DNA of 64,000 nt. Origin: an uncultured Collinsella sp. Lineage in GTDB: Bacteria; Actinomycetota; Coriobacteriia; Coriobacteriales; Coriobacteriaceae. The notes under the pieces were generated by a model. It searched no databases. It was given only the letters and a program-made list of their open reading frames with translations, and was not told the origin of the DNA. A program made the position numbers and the translations under genes. The stretch covers positions 7,647 to 71,646 of the forward strand of contig CAAESW010000068.1 of assembly GCA_900758845.1 (NCBI GenBank). Direction: 5' to 3'. Of this stretch, positions 40,139-49,527 are shown in pieces. Within the stretch, counting starts at the first letter, position 1. The number at the start of each line of letters is the position of its first letter.

Positions 40139-40173
40139 GCCGCATCTCCGGATACGAATGGTTGATGGCATTC

Positions 40174-40977
40174 ATGAAACGCGTGCGTCTTGATGACGAA
40201 CTGATTTCACAGGGCATCTGCGCCGATCGCGCGGATGCCCTTCGCACTCTTATGGCCGGCTTGGTCTCGAGTGGCGGTGAGCGCTTGACTTCGCCGGGCC
40301 TTAAGGTGATCCCGGGGCTGCCGCTGCACGTGAAGGGGCGCATTCCCTATGTTGGCCGCGGCGGTCTTAAGCTCGAAGGCGCGCTTGATGCGTTTGGCAT
40401 CAATCCGACGGGCCTTGCCTGTCTGGATGTGGGCTGCTCTACCGGCGGTTTTACCGATTGCCTGCTCAAGCGTGGAGCTGCGACCGTTGTCTCGGTGGAC
40501 GTGGGTCGCGCCCAGTTCGATTGGTCGTTGCGTCAGGACGATCGCGTGACGCTGCATGAGCGCACAAACGTGACGCAGCTGCCTGAGCTTGGCTATGCCG
40601 GCGCCATCGACCTGGCTGTGTGTGATGTCTCGTTTACCAGCATCGCGTACATTATCGATGCGGTACTGGCGTGCCTGGCTCCTACGGGTGCATTCTGCAC
40701 GCTCGTAAAGCCGCAGTTTGAGGCTCCGGCGGCGCTGGTGGGCGAGGGCGGCATTGTGACCGATCCCGCCGTGCGCCGCGATACACTCGTGGCGGCGGTT
40801 GAACTCTTTGCTGCCAAGGGTCTCTTCCCGGTCGATGTGTGCGTGTCACCCATTCATGGTGCAAAGGGCAACGTTGAGTTTTTCCTGTACGGCACGAGAT
40901 TTGACCCTGGCGACCGCTCGCAAGACGAGCTGCAATCCCAGGTATCGGTTATGAGCGAGAAAGCTGCAATGCTATGA
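40174..40977 (+). CDS. tlyA: TlyA-family rRNA methyltransferase
   Basis: YVGRGGLKL, DVGCSTGGFTD, DVSFTS, LVKPQFE, GAKGNVEF. Confidence 0.93.
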   Translation: MKRVRLDDELISQGICADRADALRTLMAGLVSSGGERLTSPGLKVIPGLPLHVKGRIPYVGRGGLKLEGALDAFGINPTGLACLDVGCSTGGFTDCLLKRGAATVVSVDVGRAQFDWSLRQDDRVTLHERTNVTQLPELGYAGAIDLAVCDVSFTSIAYIIDAVLACLAPTGAFCTLVKPQFEAPAALVGEGGIVTDPAVRRDTLVAAVELFAAKGLFPVDVCVSPIHGAKGNVEFFLYGTRFDPGDRSQDELQSQVSVMSEKAAML

Positions 40978-41831
40978 AGGTCTTTCTGGTTCCCAATTAT
41001 TACAAGCAAGAGGCGGTCGAGAGCGGCCTGATGCTCGAGCTTTGGCTGACGCGCCAGGGCTATGAGGTGGCATGGGCTGCCGACCAGCGATCCAAGATTC
41101 AGAGCACGCCTGATATTGACGGCTCCGATCTGGTCATTACGCTCGGCGGCGACGGTACGTTGCTGCGCGCTGCCCGCATCCTCAACCATCGCGAGATTCC
41201 TATCCTCGGTCTTTCCTATGGTCATCTGGGCTTTTTAACTGCTGCGAGCCCCGAGGAGCGCGACATTCTGCAGGTCGTGAGCGATGCCCTGTCCGGTGAG
41301 CTCCACGTGAGCCGCCGCGCCACCATCGCCGCGGATATCGTCTCGGTGCGCGATGACGGCACGAAGGATGTCGTGCGTTCGTTCGCCCTCAACGATATGG
41401 CGCTTACGCGCGGGCCCCTGTCCGATATGGTCGAGTTTGACATCACGGTGTCCGGCCACCATATCGATCGCTTGCGCGGCGATGGTGTCGTCGTGTCGAC
41501 GGCGACCGGCTCCACCGGCTATGCGCTGAGCGCTGGCGGCCCTATCGTCAGTCCCGATTACACGGGCATGGTCTGTGTACCGATTGCTCCGCATACCATT
41601 CAAGCTCGCGCCTTCTTGACCTCGCCGAGCGATGTCGTCGAAATCTTTATGTCCGATGATCGCCCAAGCGTTCCGGCCATCGCCATCGACGGACAGTTTA
41701 TTACCTGCGACGGCACCGTCGAGAGCGTGGCTGTGCGTCGCGGTCCCGGCGATGTGCTGCTGCTCGATTACGGTCCCGAGAGCTTCTATAACTCGGTGAG
41801 CCGCGTGTTCTATGGAGTGCGTCATGATTGA
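40974..41831 (+). CDS. nadK: NAD kinase
   Basis: LGGDGT, GHLGFL, ALND, GDG.VVSTATGSTGYALSAGGP. Confidence 0.95.
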   Translation: MKVFLVPNYYKQEAVESGLMLELWLTRQGYEVAWAADQRSKIQSTPDIDGSDLVITLGGDGTLLRAARILNHREIPILGLSYGHLGFLTAASPEERDILQVVSDALSGELHVSRRATIAADIVSVRDDGTKDVVRSFALNDMALTRGPLSDMVEFDITVSGHHIDRLRGDGVVVSTATGSTGYALSAGGPIVSPDYTGMVCVPIAPHTIQARAFLTSPSDVVEIFMSDDRPSVPAIAIDGQFITCDGTVESVAVRRGPGDVLLLDYGPESFYNSVSRVFYGVRHD

Positions 41832-43452
41832 TGAGCTGCAGGTTTCCAACATTGCTCTCATTCGCGAGGCGACGTTGGTTCCGAGCGCTGGTCTAACGGT
41901 TCTGACCGGCGAGACCGGTGCCGGTAAGACCGCGCTGCTCTCGGCGCTCAAGCTCATTTTGGGCGAGCGCGCCGATTCGTCGACAGTTCGCGAGGGCGAG
42001 GCGCTTGCCAGCGTCGAGGCGCGTCTGTTCGACGGCCCGCACGACACGGAGGGCTTTACCGTACAGCGCAGCCTTTCTGCCGAGGGCCGCAGCCGCGTAA
42101 AAATTGACGGCCGCATCGCCAGCGTGCGTGAGCTTTCGGAGCGCGTCGGCGTGATGATGGATCTGTGCGGCCAGCACGAGCATCAGCGTCTGCTCGACCC
42201 GGCGCATCATGTTGCCATGGTCGATGCCTGGGCTGGGCGCGCGGCGCTTGAGGCGCTCGAGAAGTATCGCACCTGCTTTAAGGCTTCGCGAGCGGCCGCC
42301 AAGGAGCTTCGCCGTGTGGAGGAAGCTTCACGCGCGCAGGGGAGTCGCGTCGAGGAAGCGCGTTTTGCCCTCGAGCGTATCGCCGAGGTCGACCCCAAGC
42401 CAGGTGAGTACGAGGAACTCGAGGAGCTGCTGCCGCGCTCGGAGCACGCCGAGGTCTTGGTGGCGACGGCCAACGAGGCCCATGCATCGCTTGCTGCCGA
42501 AGGGGGAGCGCTCGATGCCGTGAATGGCGCCGTGGCCGAGCTTTCCCGCATGGCTGCCGTCGATCGCAAGCTGGGCGACATTGCCGATGCGCTTTCGGAT
42601 GCCTGCATCTCGCTTGAGGATTGCGCCAACGAGCTGCGTGCCTATCGCGATGGCGTTGCGTTTGACCCTCGTGAGCTCGCTTGCATGCGCGAGCGGTATT
42701 CCGACCTCAAGGGCCTGCTGCGTCAGTGGGGTCCCACCATGGACGACGTGTTTGCCATGCGCGATCGCTCACAAGAGCTGCTGTCTCTAGTCGATGATGG
42801 TGATGAGCAGATTAAGAAGGCTCGCGAGGCACTCGGGAGCGCTGAGCACGATCTTTTTGCTGCCGCCAAGGTACTTAAACGCGCGCGGAACACCGCTGCC
42901 CCGCGCTTTTGTCACGAGGTTGGCCGTCAGATGGCGCGCCTGGAGATGGGCGGCGCCGAGCTCGTCTGGGAGTCGCGCGATCTTCCGCGTGCCGAATGGA
43001 CGCCGGCAGGCCCTTCGAGCTACGAGCTTTTGTATCGCAGCGGTGCCGGATTGACGCCGCGCCCCCTGCGCCGCATTGCGTCGGGCGGCGAGTTGAGCCG
43101 CGTTATGCTGGCGAGCAAGGTTGTCCTTGGCAACGCGGATGGCGTGGATACGCTGGTTTTCGACGAGGTTGATGCCGGTGTCGGCGGCTCTACTGCGCGT
43201 GCCCTCGCGAGCGTGCTGGCAGATCTCGCCGCTACGCATCAGGTGATTGTCGTAACTCACCTGGCGCAGGTCGCCGTCATGGCCGACAAGCATTACGTGG
43301 TCAGTAAAGAGTCCGGCGACGTTCCCCAAACGCATCTGGACGAGGTGACCGGCGATGCCCGTACCGCAGAGATCGCCCGTATGCTGAGCGGCGACCAGTC
43401 GGCGGCAAGCCTTGCGCACGCCAGGCAGATGTTGGAAGAAGCGCGTGCTTAG
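41824..43452 (+). CDS. recN: DNA repair protein RecN
   Basis: LTGETGAGK, GQHEH, ASGGELSR, FDEVDAG, THLAQVA, EIARMLSG. Confidence 0.96.
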   Translation: MIDELQVSNIALIREATLVPSAGLTVLTGETGAGKTALLSALKLILGERADSSTVREGEALASVEARLFDGPHDTEGFTVQRSLSAEGRSRVKIDGRIASVRELSERVGVMMDLCGQHEHQRLLDPAHHVAMVDAWAGRAALEALEKYRTCFKASRAAAKELRRVEEASRAQGSRVEEARFALERIAEVDPKPGEYEELEELLPRSEHAEVLVATANEAHASLAAEGGALDAVNGAVAELSRMAAVDRKLGDIADALSDACISLEDCANELRAYRDGVAFDPRELACMRERYSDLKGLLRQWGPTMDDVFAMRDRSQELLSLVDDGDEQIKKAREALGSAEHDLFAAAKVLKRARNTAAPRFCHEVGRQMARLEMGGAELVWESRDLPRAEWTPAGPSSYELLYRSGAGLTPRPLRRIASGGELSRVMLASKVVLGNADGVDTLVFDEVDAGVGGSTARALASVLADLAATHQVIVVTHLAQVAVMADKHYVVSKESGDVPQTHLDEVTGDARTAEIARMLSGDQSAASLAHARQMLEEARA

Positions 43453-43484
43453 ACCGAGCCGCCACATGCATGTCCGACCCGGAT

Positions 43485-43644
43485 GCCACGAAACCGGCCC
43501 ATCTACTACGTTTAATAGGCCATCGGGAACCACGTCAAGAATTGCAAAAAGAAAACCGCAGGTAGAACGCCTGCGGTTTTCTCTTTTTTCGGTATGTGGT
43601 TGAGCCATACGGATAAAACGTAGTAGATGGGCCGGTTTCGTGGC
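43485..43644. mobile_element. MITE-like element, 160 bp, with perfect 29-bp terminal inverted repeats and an internal bidirectional terminator hairpin
   Basis: gccacgaaaccggcccatctactacgttt (43485-43513) / reverse complement (43616-43644); inner agaaaaccgcagg / cctgcggttttct flanked by A and T runs. Confidence 0.55.
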
Positions 43645-43673
43645 GAATGGCGCCCTTCGGCTCCTCAAAATGT

Positions 43674-44531
43674 CTATTCCACGACCTTATCCGGCTGGAT
43701 GAGCTCCTCGTAGTAGCTGATGTGCTCGCGCGCGTCCTCGATTTCGGGCAGCAGGAAGTTGTAGATGACCTCTATGATCATCGTGGCGCTCATCTTGGAG
43801 AACGCGAAGTCCCCCGTTGTCAGCAGTGCCTCGTGATTGACGGTATTAAAGGTGTAGTCGGCCAGGCGCGCAAGTGGAGACTTGCTGTCACTGCTGATAA
43901 CGACTACGGTGGCGCCGCATTCGCGAGCCGCTTTTGCCATGCGATTCAGACGGCGCGACTTGCCGGAGTTCGAGATCAGCACGATAACGTCGCCGGGGCG
44001 CAGCGTGAGCGCAAAGCCGATTGATGTCTCGCTGATGGTGCTTGTCATGCAGCGTAGGCCCAGCTGCGAGAACTTAAACGTCGCGTCGAGCGCGACGGCG
44101 TTGGTGTTGCCTACGGCCGCAAACTCAATAACGCCTGCATTCTTTAGTGCGTGCACGACGGCTGCCAGCGTATCGTGGTCGATCCCGTCGATTGTCGCGT
44201 TAAGCTCGCTGACCTTGGCAGCCAAGATATTCTTAAGGCTCTGCTCCATGCTGTCGAGCGAGACCTCGTCGGTCACGCCCTCGTTGCGTTGGCTCTCCAG
44301 ATCGCGCGCCAATGAAAACTGAAAGCTGCGGAAGCTGCCAAAGCCCAGCTTGCGGCAGAAGCGCGAGACCGTCGCCTCGGATGTGGCAGCGGCGCGCGAG
44401 AGCTGGGCGGCCGTCAGGCGCGGAGCCTCGGACTGGTGCTCCAATATATAGTCGACAATGCGCTGCTCGGAATCGCTGTACCCTTTGTGCGTGCTAATAA
44501 GGGAGAGCGCGCTCTTGCTGCTATCGGTCAT
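43674..44531 (-). CDS. MurR/RpiR-family transcriptional regulator
   Basis: SEATVSRFCRKLGF HTH and SIS domain (ISNSG, SPLARLAD); divergent from the PTS gene. Confidence 0.94.
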   Translation of the reverse strand: MTDSSKSALSLISTHKGYSDSEQRIVDYILEHQSEAPRLTAAQLSRAAATSEATVSRFCRKLGFGSFRSFQFSLARDLESQRNEGVTDEVSLDSMEQSLKNILAAKVSELNATIDGIDHDTLAAVVHALKNAGVIEFAAVGNTNAVALDATFKFSQLGLRCMTSTISETSIGFALTLRPGDVIVLISNSGKSRRLNRMAKAARECGATVVVISSDSKSPLARLADYTFNTVNHEALLTTGDFAFSKMSATMIIEVIYNFLLPEIEDAREHISYYEELIQPDKVVE

Positions 44532-44545
44532 GGATGGCTCCTGGT

Positions 44546-44677
44546 TGGCATTGAAAATCGGACTCGTTTTTCAATGCCATAGTATACGGGCATTTTCAAT
44601 TACAAGATACACCTTGCCGTTTCAAGTGTTGATGGTAAACTTTCACTTACCGTTTACGGTTATGAAAGAACCTTTCA
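44546..44677. promoter_or_regulatory. Candidate RpiR operators in the divergent promoter
   Basis: tggcattgaaaa-N10-ttttcaatgcca (44546-44579) and TGAAAG-aac-CTTTCA (44663-44677). Confidence 0.5.
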
Positions 44678-44804
44678 CCGGAGAATTGCGCCTTGTCTCT
44701 TCTCACGCGGACGGTAGGTTGGTATCTTTCAATTGTGGAAAAACGCGCATTGAAGCACGTTTAGGGGAGCGCCTGCGGGCGCAGTACTCAAGAAGGAGGG
44801 ACAC

Positions 44805-46808
44805 ATGGCTAAGTTTGACATCATCGCCGCGACCGGTTGCCCGACCGGCATTGCGCACACCTTCATGGCGAAGGAGGCGCTGGAGAAGGCAGCTGCCGAG
44901 CGTGGTCTGACCATTAAGGTCGAGACTCATGGCCAGGTCGGTGTCGAGAACGAGCTCACCAAGAGCGAGATCGCCGGTGCCAAGGCCGTCGTCGTCGCAG
45001 CCGATAAGGATGTCCAGGCTGAGCGTTTCGCCGGCAAGCCCATGGTTTCCGTCGGTGTTTCCAAGGCCCTGTCCGTCGAGGCCGCCGGAAAGCTGATCGA
45101 CCGCGCGCTCGCCGCCAAGGGCGACGACACGGTTGCCGCTGCCGCCGATGTCGAGGACGAGGTCGAGGAGAAGGAGTCCATCGGTCACGTCATCTACAAG
45201 CACCTCATGAACGGCGTCAGCCACATGCTGGTCTTCGTCGTTGCCGGTGGTGTTCTGACCGCCATTTCGTTCCTGTGGGGCATCACGTCCTTTGATTCGA
45301 CGGCTGCCGACTACAACAGCTTTGCCGCGATGCTCAAGATTATCGGCGGTATCGCCATGAACCTCATGGTTCCGGTGCTCTCCGCCTACATCGCCGAGTC
45401 CATCGGCAAGCGCCCGGCGCTCGTCCCCGGCTTTGTTGCCGGTATGATTGCCATCCAGGGTCTTCCCATCAACGCCGATACCGGCATGATCGACGCTGGA
45501 GGCTCGGGTGTGGGCTTTGGCTTCCTGGGCGGCATCGTCGGCGGCTTCCTCGCCGGCTATGTCATTTTGCTGCTCGAGAAGGTTTTCTCTAAAATTCCCG
45601 CGAGCCTTAATGGCCTGAAGGCAATCTTCCTGTATCCGCTTTGCTCTACCGCCATCGTCGGCCTGGTCATGCTCGGTATTTCCGGTCCCATGGCTGCCAT
45701 TAACCAGGGCATGATGGATTTCCTGCAGAGCCTCGGTAACTCCGGTCCGGTGATCCTTGGCCTGGCCATCGGCTGCATGTGCGCCTTTGATATGGGCGGC
45801 CCGGTCAACAAGGCTGCTTACGCTACTGGCACCTTCCTGCTCGGTACCGCTCTCGAAGCTGGCGTCGGCACCGAGACCTACAACTTCGGCACCAACTTCA
45901 TGGCTGCCGTCTCCGCCGCTTGCATCGTTCCGCCGCTGATCACCACCTTCGCCGTCGTTGTCGGCAAGAAGTACTTCAGCCAGGAGGATCATGACGCCGG
46001 TATCGTCAACCTTATCCTTGGTTGCACCCACATCACCGAGGGCGCCATTCCGTTCATGACCAAGAACATCTGGCCCGTCATGCCCATCATGATGGTCGGT
46101 TCTTCCATCGCTTCCATCTTGACCATCTTCTTCAACGTTCACGATCCGGCGCCTCACGGCGGCTTCCTGGTCCTGCCCGTTGTCGAGAACGGCCCGCAGT
46201 GGGTCCTCGCGATCCTCATCGGCGCCGTGGTCGGTGGCATCCTGTTCGTGGCCTTCAAGAAGTACGACTTCGAGAAGAACCAGAAGGCCGCTCCTGCAGC
46301 CAAGCCGGTTGAGGCCCCCAAAGCCGCTGCCGTCGAGGCCCCCAAGGCCGAGGCTGCCGACTTCGTGAAGGTCGAGAATGTCTTTGTCGCCGAGGATTTC
46401 GCTTCTCGTGACGAGGCTCTGAGCTTTGTTTCCAACCAGGCCGTCAAGGCCGGTATCGCCAGCGACGCCGACGCCGTGATGAACGCCTTCCTGGCCCGCG
46501 AGGCCGAGGGCACCACGGGCATGATGGAGGGCTTCGCCATCCCGCATGCCAAGTCCGACGCTATTACCGAGCCTGCCGTCATCGTCGTCAAGGACGAGTC
46601 CGGCGTGACCGGTTGGGACACCATGGACGGCACTCCCGTCAACGTGGCTATTGCCCTGCTCATCCCCGGTGCCCAGGCCGGCACCACGCACCTCAAGATC
46701 CTGTCCAAGGTCGCCGAGGCGCTCATGGACGAGGACTTCCGTGCCACCGTCAAGGGTTCCACCGACGCCGCCGAGATCGCCAAGACGATTAACGCCCGTC
46801 TGGTCTAA
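44805..46808 (+). CDS. Fructose-family PTS transporter, EIIB-EIIC-EIIA fusion
   Basis: CPTGIAHT (IIB Cys), HLMNGVSHM, FDMGGPVNK and ITEGAIPF (IIC), AIPH (IIA His); AAGGAGG RBS. Confidence 0.95.
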   Translation: MAKFDIIAATGCPTGIAHTFMAKEALEKAAAERGLTIKVETHGQVGVENELTKSEIAGAKAVVVAADKDVQAERFAGKPMVSVGVSKALSVEAAGKLIDRALAAKGDDTVAAAADVEDEVEEKESIGHVIYKHLMNGVSHMLVFVVAGGVLTAISFLWGITSFDSTAADYNSFAAMLKIIGGIAMNLMVPVLSAYIAESIGKRPALVPGFVAGMIAIQGLPINADTGMIDAGGSGVGFGFLGGIVGGFLAGYVILLLEKVFSKIPASLNGLKAIFLYPLCSTAIVGLVMLGISGPMAAINQGMMDFLQSLGNSGPVILGLAIGCMCAFDMGGPVNKAAYATGTFLLGTALEAGVGTETYNFGTNFMAAVSAACIVPPLITTFAVVVGKKYFSQEDHDAGIVNLILGCTHITEGAIPFMTKNIWPVMPIMMVGSSIASILTIFFNVHDPAPHGGFLVLPVVENGPQWVLAILIGAVVGGILFVAFKKYDFEKNQKAAPAAKPVEAPKAAAVEAPKAEAADFVKVENVFVAEDFASRDEALSFVSNQAVKAGIASDADAVMNAFLAREAEGTTGMMEGFAIPHAKSDAITEPAVIVVKDESGVTGWDTMDGTPVNVAIALLIPGAQAGTTHLKILSKVAEALMDEDFRATVKGSTDAAEIAKTINARLV

Positions 46809-46888
46809 TCCCGCAACACGCGAATAGCATCGCCCCCTGTATATAAGGCGGAGTCTCTCCCCAGGGTCTCCGCCTTTTTCATCCCCAA

Positions 46889-46961
46889 ATAAGTTGCGGT
46901 GAAATAGGGACTGTTTAAACGATTCAACCCCAAATTCAGTCCCTATTTCACCGCAACTTAT
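46889..46961. repeat. Palindromic repeat, family A copy 1 (25-bp perfect arms)
   Basis: ataagttgcggtgaaatagggactg / cagtccctatttcaccgcaacttat; related copies at 55686-55754 and 57416-57433. Confidence 0.85.
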
Positions 46962-47064
46962 AAAAGGGCATAGAGGGGGCTGCCTATCGAGTCTTTGTTG
47001 CGAACAGTTCATCAGCCAGAATTCTTTTCAGCCGATATTACTCTGGATCGACCGAGTTTCCGCA

Positions 47065-47216
47065 GCCTGCTCGCCCACAGAGGGCCGGGCGCGGCCTGTG
47101 AGATTTATCGCGAGTTCCGCACGAGCCGAAGAGCACTTAATGTGCTCTTCGTGCGAGCAGGACTGTAGAGCAGGAAATCTCACAGGCCGCGCCCGGCCCT
47201 CTGTGGGCGAGCAGGC
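47065..47216. mobile_element. MITE-like element, 152 bp, with perfect 42-bp terminal inverted repeats
   Basis: 47065-47106 is the exact reverse complement of 47175-47216; inner hairpin cgaagagcac/gtgctcttcg. Confidence 0.6.
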
Positions 47217-47353
47217 GGACGACAAACACATCTGTCCAATAATTCGTCTGAAACATAATGAAAAACCGTTTGATGTGAGTTAATATAAACAACGTCGTGA
47301 ATCTGACTCCTGCCACATGCATGACAGGGGTTAAACACAAAAAGGAGTCAACT

Positions 47354-47617
47354 ATGGTTTCTGAGAAGGCTACCCTCGTTAATCCTCAGGGTCTGCACAT
47401 GCGTCCGGCTGGTCTGTTCGCCTCCACCATGGGCAAGTATGCCTGTGACGTGACGGTCGTTACCCCCGAGAAGGAGGTCAACGGCAAGTCCCCGATGGCC
47501 CTCATGGCTGCTGGTATCCCCTGCGGCACCGAGGTCGAGGTCAAGTGCGACGGCGCCGACGAGGCCGAGGCTCTGGCTGCTGCCATCGAGCTCATCAAGA
47601 GCGGTCTTGGCGAGTAG
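47354..47617 (+). CDS. ptsH: Phosphocarrier protein HPr
   Basis: GLHMRPA (His15), NGKS (Ser46), GADE; AAGGAG RBS. Confidence 0.95.
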   Translation: MVSEKATLVNPQGLHMRPAGLFASTMGKYACDVTVVTPEKEVNGKSPMALMAAGIPCGTEVEVKCDGADEAEALAAAIELIKSGLGE

Positions 47618-47749
47618 AACTCAAACGGGTCGCATGTTGAACAATTAAGTTCATACTTGGGGGCGCAGTGACCTGTTCAAGGTAGCTGCGCTCTTTTGTC
47701 ATGGATATGGCAAAACGCTTTATCACATGACACGGAGAGAGGAATGGGA

Positions 47750-49453
47750 ATGTATCAGGGAGTCAACGCATCCGAGGGCATCGGTATCGGCACCGTCATG
47801 GTCGCCGTCGATCCCGACTTGACGTTTGAACCGCACGAGGTCGCTGATTCGGCAGCAGAGAAAGAGCGCTATCAGGCTGCTCTTTCGGTCTTCTGCGAGA
47901 AGACTCAGGCTCAGGCCGACCACATGAAGGAGACGGTGGGCGAGGCCGAGGCCGAGATCATGAGCGGGCACATTGTCCTGGCTCAGGATCCGGGCATGAC
48001 CGACGCCATTAACGCCGCCATTGACGGCGGTACCTGCGCCGAGCAGGCGCTCATGGACACCTCGACCATGTTCGAGAACATGTTCCTGTCCATGGACGAC
48101 GAGATGTTCCGTCTGCGCGCGGCCGACATCGCCGACATCCGCACCGGTATTCTGGCCGAGCTGCTGGGCAAGGAGGTCGTCGACCTCTCCGTCCTGCCCG
48201 AGAACACTGTCGTTGTCGTGCACGACCTCACGCCGTCCATGACCGCCACGATCGATAAGGCCCACGTTGCCGGTATCGTCACCGAGACCGGTGGCCGCAC
48301 GTCGCATTCCGCGATTATTGCGCGCGCCCTTGAGATCCCGGCTGTCCTTTCGGTTTCCAATAGCTGCACTGCGCTGCGCAACGGTATGACCGTTGTCGTC
48401 GACGGTGGCAAGGGTATCGTTGAGGCCGATCCCGACGAGGAGACGCTCGCTGCCTACACCGCCAAGGCCGAGGCCTTCGCTGCCGAGAAGGCAGCCCTCG
48501 AGGCCTTCCGTGGCAAGCCGTCCGTGACTGCCGATGGCATCAAGAAGATCATCGCCTGCAACATCGGTAACCCCGATGACGTGCCCAACGCGCTCGATCA
48601 CGACGCCGAGGCCATCGGTCTGTTCCGCTCCGAGTTCCTGTTCATGGACTCCGCTGAGCTTCCTTCCGAGGAGGAGCAGTTCAACGCCTACCGTAAGGTC
48701 GCCAGCGCGCTCAAGGGTGCTCCGGTCATCATCCGCACGCTCGATGTGGGTGGCGACAAGGAGATTCCGTATCTGCACATGGTCAAGGAAGACAACCCCT
48801 TCATGGGCTTCCGCGCCGTGCGTTACTGCCTGGCCAATCCCGACCAGTACAAGGTCCAGCTCCGCGCTCTGCTGCGCGCTAGCGCCTTCGGTGACGTCAA
48901 GATCATGATCCCGCTCGTCACCTGCGTCGAGGAGGTCTTGGCTGTCAAGGAGCTCGTCGAGCAGTGCAAGGCCGAGCTGTCCGAAGAGGGTCGAAAGTTC
49001 AACGAGAACATCGAGGTCGGCATTATGGTCGAGACGCCCGCCGCTTCGCTGCTCGCAGACCGTCTGGCCGAGGTCGCCGACTTCTTCTCCATCGGCACCA
49101 ACGACCTGATCGGCTACACCATGTGCGCCGACCGTGGCAACGACACCATCTCCAACCTGTACCAGGTGTACTATCCCGCCGTGCTCCGCTCGCTTAAGAA
49201 CATCATCGAGAGCGGTGTGAAGGCCGGCATCATGGTCGGTATGTGCGGCGAGGCCGCTGCCGATCCGCTGCTCGAGCCGCTGCTGATCAGCTGGGGCCTG
49301 GAGGAGTTCTCGATGAGCGCTCCGTCCATCCTGCGCGCCCGCAAGACCATCAGCCAGTGGACCAAGGCCGAGTGCGACGAGCTCGCCGAGAAGGCGCTCG
49401 CCTGCAACACCGCCGCCGAGGTCAAGGCACTGCTCGAGTCCGCAGCTCGCTAA
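47750..49453 (+). CDS. ptsI: PTS enzyme I
   Basis: GGRTSHSAIIAR, GLFRSEF, IRTLDVGGDK, NPFMGFR, FSIGTNDL, GMCGE. Start could be 47744. Confidence 0.97.
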   Translation: MYQGVNASEGIGIGTVMVAVDPDLTFEPHEVADSAAEKERYQAALSVFCEKTQAQADHMKETVGEAEAEIMSGHIVLAQDPGMTDAINAAIDGGTCAEQALMDTSTMFENMFLSMDDEMFRLRAADIADIRTGILAELLGKEVVDLSVLPENTVVVVHDLTPSMTATIDKAHVAGIVTETGGRTSHSAIIARALEIPAVLSVSNSCTALRNGMTVVVDGGKGIVEADPDEETLAAYTAKAEAFAAEKAALEAFRGKPSVTADGIKKIIACNIGNPDDVPNALDHDAEAIGLFRSEFLFMDSAELPSEEEQFNAYRKVASALKGAPVIIRTLDVGGDKEIPYLHMVKEDNPFMGFRAVRYCLANPDQYKVQLRALLRASAFGDVKIMIPLVTCVEEVLAVKELVEQCKAELSEEGRKFNENIEVGIMVETPAASLLADRLAEVADFFSIGTNDLIGYTMCADRGNDTISNLYQVYYPAVLRSLKNIIESGVKAGIMVGMCGEAAADPLLEPLLISWGLEEFSMSAPSILRARKTISQWTKAECDELAEKALACNTAAEVKALLESAAR

Positions 49454-49527
49454 TTTGGTATCAGAGGTAACCGCGTGGTTGGAATGGGCCGGCCACGCGG
49501 CCCTCACATATACAGGGGGTACTGTAA

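Noticed and set aside
39899..40173. xseB without adjacent xseA, and ispA/dxs missing before tlyA
   Set aside because: Ordinary gene-order rearrangement cannot be distinguished from loss within one window; no pseudogene remnant is visible.
47028..47283. Two small opposite-strand ORFs sharing the peptide NLTGRARPSVGEQA
   Set aside because: The shared peptide is simply the translation of the 42-bp inverted repeat; no evidence of coding.
47708..47726. cre/LacI-like site (ggcaaaacgctttatca) before ptsI
   Set aside because: Only a partial dyad match, single occurrence, and no LacI-family regulator in the window.
44703..49507. 769-aa and 594-aa antisense ORFs opposite the PTS EIIBCA and ptsI genes
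   Set aside because: Same antisense artefact of strongly biased codon usage; no domain signatures or RBS.
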